A stretch of 64,000 nt of DNA from the NCBI GenBank assembly GCA_000708835.1, contig DF236951.1:248101-312100 (forward strand), written 5' to 3'. Position 1 is the stretch's first letter, and each line of letters opens with the position of its first letter. The position numbers and the translations under genes were made by a program. The notes under the pieces are model-generated. The model was not told the origin of the DNA, made no database searches, and worked only from the letters and a program-made list of their open reading frames with translations. This DNA comes from Klebsormidium nitens (Eukaryota; Plantae; Klebsormidiophyceae). Shown here piece by piece: positions 55,797-64,000 of the stretch.

Positions 55797-57607
55797 TCAA
55801 GCTTGCCACACAGTCAGGTCTTCCTCGTCCGAGCTTTCGTCCCCGGCCATCATGCCCCCCTCCAAGCACGCCGAAACACACGCGGCGCACTTGCTCTCGT
55901 GACACACCGGGCAGCGCGCCATGTCAAAGTGGCACCCCTGACAGAGTGTCCGCTCGCATCGGGGACACTCGAGCCGGCACACGTCGCATGCATCTTTTCC
56001 TAGGCTGCTGAGGCCCCGGTAGGGGCACCCCCCCTCCTCGCACGCGCTCACTTCGAACGTCGAACAAGTCCTACACTGCGGGCAGCAGTGGTCGAAGTGC
56101 CACCCTAGTTCCTCCAAGTCTACGCGCTCCTGACCGTACCCTTTGGCGCCCTTGATCCGTTTCGCGGGCTCTTTCCTAGCGGCTTGCGTGAGGCACTCGA
56201 GCAGCTCCTGGAGCATGCAGTCGTGTTCTTCTTTCAGAAGGCCCCCGATTACAAGGGAGCGCAGCTGGGGTTGCCGTCCCTGATCTACATTTCGTTGGGC
56301 GAGGCTTTGGACGAGTTGAACGACCGATGAGGGCCGGACAGATCCGCAGCCAGAGAGGCAGAGCTACATAAAGGATGAGTCATATCAGTGTGAGCTGTTT
56401 AAATGCGCCGAAGGCGTTGTCTCGTTCGATCGAATTATGACAAACACGTTCTAGAGACAACAAAGAGGACTCTTCGAGCAACCCAAATCGAGAACAAACT
56501 CTTCGGTTTGCAAAGATCCGGAGCAGTTGTGTGGACCCCTGCCGAAGCATGGTGAAAGTGGCACGCCAAGAATGGCGTCAAAGCATCTGCGGAGGTTTAT
56601 GCGCCTGGGTTGCGACCATGGCCAGATCTACTTGGTGTGACGCCAACTCTCAGCAAGGAAAAAGCGAATCCGTTCGAACTTCGACACGATATCTCCTTTG
56701 AGAGAGGCAGCTCAGGAACAGGACTTAAAGAGGCGGAACAGCGACAGCAGGCCCTATCAGAGTCCAAAGTTATCGCTTCTGCCATTTTAGGACGAAATTC
56801 TTTGTCTTCCCCAGTGAAGAATCCTTTTGTTACTCTTGTCAGATGCTGCCTCCTTTGACAATGTTCGAAAACAACTGCCCAAAGCAGCACAATCACAGCG
56901 CCGCTTTGTGAAAGAAGTAACTGCACGTCAACAGGACTCACATTAACCAGCAAAAACAGGACATACGAACACTGACAAGATTCTTGGGACCTCTCCACTT
57001 GCCACACCAACCCACTGCTTTTCAAGCTCAGCTCCGAACACCCCTCTGTAGCATACCACCCTTCGTCTGCGCTCGTCAAGCTCACAACAGATCACAAACC
57101 GCCCAGGAAAGTCAGCCCAAGTCCCTCAACAAAATCAGTGCGCCAAAACTTTTTAAACCTACCCTGTTCGTACAAACACTGGGCCATCAGATCACAACGT
57201 ACCTTTGACAGATTTGTGCATTCCCGCAATGCTGTCAGCAACCCTTCCCCGGTGAGGCGCGCGCACCCAGTCAGGTCCACCACGGTCAACAAGTTCTCCG
57301 CACTACTTCCTTCCTCTCGTGATGTCTTGCCAAACGCGGCAGCAACGTCAGCCCCAACCCCCTCGGTGAAACAGGCACGCTTTGTCCATGCTAATAGGTG
57401 CTCATCACGCAAGTGCGCGGCGCGTCCAGGAAAGCAAGTGATGTTGAAAACTTTCCAATAGGAGGGCTCTTCAAGCGTGGTTTTGCGCCATGAACGGCAG
57501 ACTCCCTGGACCGCCAGCAGTGAGCGGTGGGGAAGGTAGGGAAGCAGGATGGGAAGAGCGGCCTCCATGGAGGCATCGGGGGGATCAGAGTCCAACAGCG
57601 GGCCCAT
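55797..57607 (-). CDS. F-box protein, SKIP14/SKIP28-like (F-box, LRR-like region, Cys-rich C-terminus), ~323 aa
   Basis: Exons 57607-57203 and 56363-55797 (phase 0). F-box LPILLPYLPHRSLLAVQGVCRSWR; VDLTGCARLTGEG...NLSK|LCLSGCGSV...LRSLVIGGL; C-terminal CxxC-rich cluster. Confidence 0.8.
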
Positions 57608-58241
57608 CTTTGTGCACTTTGATGAGCTCCTTGCAGAACTCCCTGCTCCTCGGAAAAGAAGACGTCAGAAACGAATAGAGTTCACCGGAGCTCGCCCCCG
57701 TTTCTTCGCTCTGCACCTTTTCTCCCCAATATGTTGTCACAGGCAAAATCAATACCTTTGCTAGCCTTCCTTTCCTCCAGCGCTGCTTCTTCAAGTTCTG
57801 TAGGATACACAGAATCTGCGCAGTGCTTGCACTCGTTCGAGCCCTCAACAGGCTCAAGGAGACCCAGTGGAATGTACCGGGCTCTGGATGTCTGGGGGTA
57901 CGTTACTTGACGGTACTAGGTTAGTCCTCGACTACCCTGGTTAAGCACGGGTTTCACTCTTGATTGGATTCGGAGAGAGGAATTGGTTCGTATCCCTTGT
58001 GCCCGGAGACGTCACCCGAGCACGTTTCACGACATTGCGAAGGCTCTCCAAGCTTGTAAAACAAGCAGGCTTCGACTTCTTCCCAGAATTTGCAGATTGC
58101 AGGTTGCAGACAGTTGCAGATTGCAAATGCAATGCTGCCTAAGGGACATGTCGGAGCCCTTATCCAATGGTCAGCTTGGCTCATGTGCTGACCCCTTCCC
58201 GCGTCTTCTGTCACGGTCAATGGCGGGCGTCAAGCAGAAGA

Positions 58242-58949
58242 ATGGCTGAAGACTCTCCCCTCTACACCTACTTCTTTGGAGTTGGCGCCCCTCCTTCTCT
58301 CGGTCAGCAGCTGCAGCGGCGTCTGTCTGAAATCGATGTCGACCACGAGCAAAGAAACGGCAGAAGGCTAGCCGGAGCATGGGAACCTGCGAGCAATTAC
58401 CACATGACTCTTCTATACCTAGGCAGCCCGACATATCTTCCCGCATGGAAAGTCGCACGCGCCACGGAGGTGCTGGAGACTTTCGAACCATTTGAGCTGA
58501 GACTGTCGGGGGACTTTGACCTGTTTGGGCGTGCGCGCAACATTGCGGTGGCTTTGGTGGAGGATGGGGGAATGCTGACCAGGATACAGAACGGGCTTCT
58601 GGAGCGGTTTGCGGAGTCGGTTGATGAGGAGCCGGAGGGGGAGGTTGATCTGAGGGAGGTGGGGAAGTTAGCGGACATTCTGAAGAAGCGGAGGGGTGTG
58701 AAGGCGCATCTCACGGTCCAGAGAAACACGGTGAGGGGGTGGCCGAAGAAAGAGTATAAGGTGACCGACTGTGATCCCTGGGTGGTGGATGCTGTGCACC
58801 TTTACAGAGGATCTAGTATAGTGGAAGATGGAAGAAAGCGGAGGGTGTACGAGGTGGCTGAGTCGATACCTTTAGCGGGGAAGGGCGCAAAGCCGCCCAC
58901 GGAAGTGTACATAGATCAGATCTGTAGGAGGGCAGCTAGTGGTAGGTAG
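58242..58949 (+). CDS. 2H phosphoesterase, ThpR/LigT-like RNA 2',3'-cyclic phosphodiesterase, single exon (~235 aa)
   Basis: Uninterrupted ORF 58167-58949; first in-frame ATG at 58242. Two HxT motifs (NYHMTLLYLG, KAHLTVQR) and ThpR-like ends (YFFGV..., VDAVHLYRGS...VYEVAESIPL). Confidence 0.85.
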   Translation: MAEDSPLYTYFFGVGAPPSLGQQLQRRLSEIDVDHEQRNGRRLAGAWEPASNYHMTLLYLGSPTYLPAWKVARATEVLETFEPFELRLSGDFDLFGRARNIAVALVEDGGMLTRIQNGLLERFAESVDEEPEGEVDLREVGKLADILKKRRGVKAHLTVQRNTVRGWPKKEYKVTDCDPWVVDAVHLYRGSSIVEDGRKRRVYEVAESIPLAGKGAKPPTEVYIDQICRRAASGR

Positions 58950-60175
58950 AATTGGTAGCAGATGAGAGGACATGATGGAGAGTTAACAGTGGCACCCTGA
59001 TGGCCAGGGGAGCTTAGTTTACTTTCAAGCAATGCCTAGTGACTTGCCCAATGCAAGTATGGTACTTTCTGATTGCTCTACACAATGGTGCAATCAAGTG
59101 TTAGGATGGCAAAGTGAAAATATGAAAGGAGATATTGAGACCCTCCAATCAAGGCACTTAATCTAGAGTAAGAACTCGAGTTCCCCGGTCTGGTCGTGTT
59201 AGCAGTCCTGCCAAAACCCTCTGGCAGAAACAGTCGTCATGCAGGCAGTGCTTGACGTGCGCATTAATAATGCAGACAACACCGGTTCCGTCAGAGCAAT
59301 CCGACATGGGATCTCAAGTACGCTCAAACCTCACATCACACGTTTTACCGCAAGTATCATATATGTCTTAAGTATCCCTCATGATGAGCCTTTTCAACAA
59401 GACTGCATTTCTAGGTGACTGCATGATCACTAACGCGAACACAAAGAGAACAATTGGACGAGATTCAAGCTTGAGCAACCGCGGACTGCACAATCATGCT
59501 TTATAGCTGGCATGCGCTACAGCCTCAATGGCGTGTAGGATTGCACATGCTGGTGCGCGGCGGACCATCTTGGCAAGCATAGTCCGACGGCCCGCGGCCC
59601 CCAGATAATGCAGGTACGTCACAGCAAAGCATGACGCATACTAGCTAGACTTCAAATTTTCCATGTCGATATAAATGCACTTCATATCATAGACACAATG
59701 ATGATCATCGCGCATGTGAAAATTCGCGCGTCAGCACACAGCTAAATCTCAAACCTGTATATGCGTACCGTTGCAGCTATTGGCAAAACGTAAGACATCA
59801 CAATCTTTGCACACTGCTTGCAAACACACGTGATGCTGCACTGGAAAGAAGGCATGGATCTCAGTAGAAGATTTGAAAAAAAACTTCTGCCATGCAATGC
59901 ATACTTGGATACTTGCCCTGCCGTCGACGGACTTTTGACCGCTTGCAGAACGTGACTCATTAAACGGAACCGAGGATTGGACTGAATGAAACGCCATCAC
60001 CCTGCTCAGAGGATGGTCAAGGCTCTGCATTTCTCGTTTCAAGAGGCTCTTCCACTCGCTTGGGCAAAAGTATTTCTCACGCTGTCAACTTTAATCAGTC
60101 TATAATTATCTATGTCAATCCCTTATTTCGCTAACCTATGCTTCCGACCGGACTCCCAAGCTCGCGCGCTTGCGT

Positions 60176-63100
60176 CTATTGCTTCCAGGGGTCCTCCTCC
60201 GTGAGCACTTGGCTCGCTTCTACGACATTTTCATTCGTACTTTCCTCGGCAGCGGGGGTCGCTTTGGGTTGCTCCGGCGCCTTGGGCGAGCCGAACTTTT
60301 CTAGGTCCTCTTGCCGCTGCTTCCGCTTGGCGTCCAGCGCAACGGCCATCATCTCGTACACTTTGGACACGAACTCGGTCGGGTTGTCCGGCTGCGGCAG
60401 GTGACAACACAAAGTGGTGAGATGGGCCTGTCTTGGAGTATGGGAACAGGCAAAGGCGAAGTAAAAATAGTGTGCTTCGTGCAAGGCAGAATCCTTTACG
60501 AGTCCTTACCCGATAGCAGCTATGAATTCCTGACAGCTTATGCAGCTCAACACGTGACTCTGTATCACACTAAGACTGTCCCATGACGTGTACATCGAAA
60601 GTGGTCAGGCGGATGCGCAAGCAACCACGCCGCCTCTATAGGTGCATATCTGCAAGTCGATGAATGTGAAACCGACAATTGTGCAAGGCGTTGCGAGGGT
60701 GCGGACGGCCCATCCAAGGCGACTTGCCGGCGTTCTTGGCCCAGGGCCGGAAACCAGGGAACTCAAAAAGGTGGTAAACTTCTTAAGTATTGCCTACTCC
60801 TGTAGGATTCTCGAAACGAAACCATGGCACAGCGGCTCTACAAGGCGCTCGTCATAGACCATACAACAGCGTAGCGGCTGATTGTCTCACCTGGAACCCG
60901 CTAGTGAGCAGTGAGCTCTCGTACAGCAGCTCGACCATGTTCTTGCCGTGCACGTTTGTCGGCGACGTCTTTGCGATCGTCTGCACGGCAGGTGATGTAA
61001 GAGTGCGTCAGAAAACAGCACAAACAGCCGTGCATCTGTTGTCGGTGTGCTTCCATCCCAAACGCCGCAGAGAAGAGGCAATGAATGTCCGAAGCAAGGA
61101 CACCCAAAAATAATGCTTCATTACTACTCTCGAAACGACAACCCCCTGATCGCGCAGCTTTTTGCAAAAGGCGAGCTTCCAGTCATGAGCAAAAGCAGGC
61201 AATACTGCTAAACCACAGAAAGGATGGGTCGACTGCACTCTTCACTGCCAGATCCAATTCCGGAATACACGAGAGTCGACACATGGTAACCTCTCAACCA
61301 TACTACCCGATTCATCATTGTTTGAGTTTGCATTTGAATGTGAACAAGATCCTAATCTCCCACTAAACGATCCAGCTATCCTTTCCATATGTAGACTTGT
61401 TCCTCATGGGCGGAATGTTTTTGCAGGACTTTTGAATGGACAAAAAGGAGGGAAGGTTGCGGTTGCTCACATCGAGGTCCTTAATGATAGGATGCTTGGG
61501 GTTAATCTCTAGGATCTTGCGGCCGCGCATATACTCCATCTGCTGCGGGTCGGCGCCCATCGCCTGGGCCTTCATCACCCTGCAAACCGAGCAGCGCTGC
61601 CTAGTGAGGTCCTGTCTCGAGTGCAACATTCGAAAGCACGGAAACCAACTAAGAGTATGTAACTCGAGCTTCTGGCTTGCAGGCAGGGGGACAACGGTGC
61701 AACAAAAACTTCGAGGACGGGCAAAATAGAAACAACCAACAACCGGTTGGTAGGAAGAAGAAAAGGTGGTCGAAGGGACAAATCCAAAAAGGTCTGTCGG
61801 GCTAGATAGCGTGTTCATAATCCCACCAGAGCGCATGTTTCCCCTCAGGCTTGGGATGGGTAATGGGACACTCAAATGCGACTTCCCAACTGGTGTCCAA
61901 GCTACACGATCGAAGAGCTCCGGTAAAGAGGCTTCTGGTACCGCAACAAGCAAAAACCAGTCCTCTGGCACAGGAACACCAGGTTCTCCCGGCCAGAACT
62001 GGAGTTCAACTCGTGAACTTCAACAGCTGTGAAAGCTGGGGAAACACGAAAACATTTTTGCTTCGCCAGGGCACGCATGCTAGCAGAAGTCGGTCCTGCT
62101 GCTAACGTCGCAACAATACGCTACAAAACATGCAAAAGTGGAGGCCTAAGTAGAGAATCAACGGGTCGGAGGCAACGCAACGAAGTGCAAGGACGGAGAA
62201 ATAAGCGGAGTAACAGCGGGCTGCCCTCACTTTTCCATGTTGGCGGACCAGCCGAACTTGCTGGTGACGAGGACGCAGGGCGACGTGGAGATGCGGTTGG
62301 AGATCTTGACCTGGGCCACCTTGTCGCCCAGCTGCCGCTTTAAATAGTCGCACAGCACCACGTACTCCTTCTCCGCCTTCTCCATCTCCTCCTTCTCGCT
62401 CGCGTCGCCTGCACAAGGGATGGGAAAAGCGGTGTCAACTTCGCTGTTGCGACATTACAGGAGTCATTCGAGAGCCGCCAATAAGCACCACTCCATCTTT
62501 CTCCCCATCTCTATCTCCTCCTCCTCTTCACCTGCAGGGGGAGGAATGATCAAAAGCAGTGTAATACGCGCACACAAGGAGTGCAAAATCAGCACCCTGT
62601 AATGGTGACTCGCATTATTCACCTCCTTCCTACTCGCTCGCGATGCCAAGTCCGGCAGAATGCAAAAGTTTCGATACGCCGAACAGGGGAAAATGCGCTG
62701 TGACAAAGCACCACAAACCACTACCGGCTATCTCATATTTCGGCGCCTGAGATGGAAGAAATACACCAGTCACGAATACGCAACCGTTGCTGAACCGCGA
62801 AGCATGAGCGCTTCGTGTTGGTGAGCTGGCGGATACTGAAACTGGTAAATGAGCTGGCATGCCGCAACACAAGTGGGGAGACGCCGTTTGTGGTTGGCTC
62901 TGTGCCCGCCAGCTGTGGCCTGGCACGCGCGAGCAATCTCTTCCTGGCAGAGGCACTGCGCACAAGATGACGTCCCGCTGACGTCAGCGGGGCAGTGCAC
63001 GGGGCGCTCACCAAGGTCCAGGTCTTCCTTGGTGATGTCCACCAGCTTCTTGTCCTTAAACTCCTTGAGCGCGTTTACGGCCACCTCGTCGATCGCCTCC

Positions 63101-63711
63101 GTCAAGAACAGCACCTGCGGTGGAATTGAGAGAGGCGTTCGTTTCCTTTGCTTATGTATCATCCGTTCCCTCCGTTTACCTTTCTCCTTTCTTCGATGAC
63201 TTATCTCACAAAGCGCTTCGATGGCCTCTGTCAAGAACAGCACCAGTAATGGGGGAGAAACGATTGCAATCACTTCCTTTCTTCAACATTGGTCATTATG
63301 CCGTTTGCTTTGTCCTCCCTCCGCTAACCTATTCCTGATTCGTTCCAGACTGGCGGTCGACCAAGAGGAGTCGCAACATCAAGCGACACATCTTGCAGAC
63401 AACTGAGACGGCAAAACCAAGCCCGACCACCTGTTGAAGAAAGAGGGAAGCTTCCGATGTCTCAGATCGACTTGTGCCGGGAAAACAACCGGAGGAAGGA
63501 GCGACTCAGCACCACTTGTCAGAGCCTCCGATTCGAACAAGCTCAAGAACACGTGTTAAGCAATGGCAGGAGGCGAACAACCGTCTGGGGACTGACCTCG
63601 AAGCCCTTCTCGTTGACCTGCTCCAAGAAGGGCGCGGTCTGGGCGCTCTTCTTCGAGTCGGCGGCAAGATAGTAGAGGTCCTTCTGGTCGGGCTTCATGC
63701 GGTCAATGTAT
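60176..63711 (-). CDS. HSP90C: Chloroplast HSP90 (HSP90C/HSP90-5), 3' part; 5' end lies beyond the window
   Basis: Exons 63711-63597, 63114-63012, 62408-62231, 61579-61471, 60980-60891, 60391-60176. YIDRMKPDQKDLYYLAADS, VLFLTEAIDE, SPCVLVTSKFGWSANME, LEINPKHPII, LLYESSLLTSGF. C-terminus ...EEDPWKQ is plastid-type (no MEEVD or KDEL). Confidence 0.95.
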
Positions 63712-64000
63712 CTGGACAAGAAGAGAATTGTCAAGGCAAAATACTCTGGATGTGAGCGGCTTCCTCTGGCGTCAAGCAAATTCTGCGGGTTCGACGCGAG
63801 AATGCTGAGCGTGACCAGCCTGTGATGGTACGATCTGCTGATGCAAAAAGAAGGGTGATGAAGTGTGTCGTGGAGAATGAGTTGTGATGTCAAACCACGG
63901 CAACTTCCATCGCAACAGAGGACATAAGAAGCACAATGGGGCACAGACCTGTCTCTCAAAGAATCAAGGAAATGGCTGCAGGCATAGACGGCCCGCTTCA

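Noticed and set aside
56597-57085. 162-aa minus-strand ORF between the F-box exons
   Set aside because: The direct 57203/56363 splice gives a continuous SKIP14-like LRR (NLSK|LCLSGC), so this ORF is treated as intronic.
31685-58949. Idea of an RNA-repair cluster (CWF19L1 plus 2H phosphoesterase)
   Set aside because: The genes are ~20 kb apart with unrelated genes between them; no evidence of functional clustering in a eukaryotic genome.

Overview
This is eukaryotic, intron-rich nuclear DNA from a green alga. Gene content and style (chloroplast HSP90, TAT-type thylakoid transit peptides, a centriolar PIBF1-like gene, introns of a few hundred nt) suggest a streptophyte alga such as Klebsormidium; the taxon is an inference. 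By hand-splicing, the window holds about 15 genes in almost strictly alternating orientation: PIBF1/CEP90-like 3' end (+), unknown type I membrane protein (-), possible 2-exon orphan (+), RPT5 (-), ARFRP1 (+), chloroplast aldo-keto reductase (-), DUF6816-like protein (+), UXT (-), CWF19L1 (+), inositol monophosphatase (-), DUF1647-like type II membrane protein (+), small TAT-signal plastid protein (+), SKIP14-like F-box (-), intronless ThpR/LigT-like 2H phosphoesterase (+), and the 3' part of chloroplast HSP90 (-). Non-coding highlights are a 398-bp MITE with perfect 19-bp TIRs and an 8-bp TSD, a foldback element in an RPT5 intron, a G-rich telomere-like repeat in four copies, two consecutive GC-AG introns in CWF19L1, an intronic copy of an HSP90 exon start, and CATG/TGCA-rich spacers between convergent genes. 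I found no CRISPR array, tRNA or rRNA, and no clear multi-gene novel system. Family assignments come from remembered motifs, not database searches.
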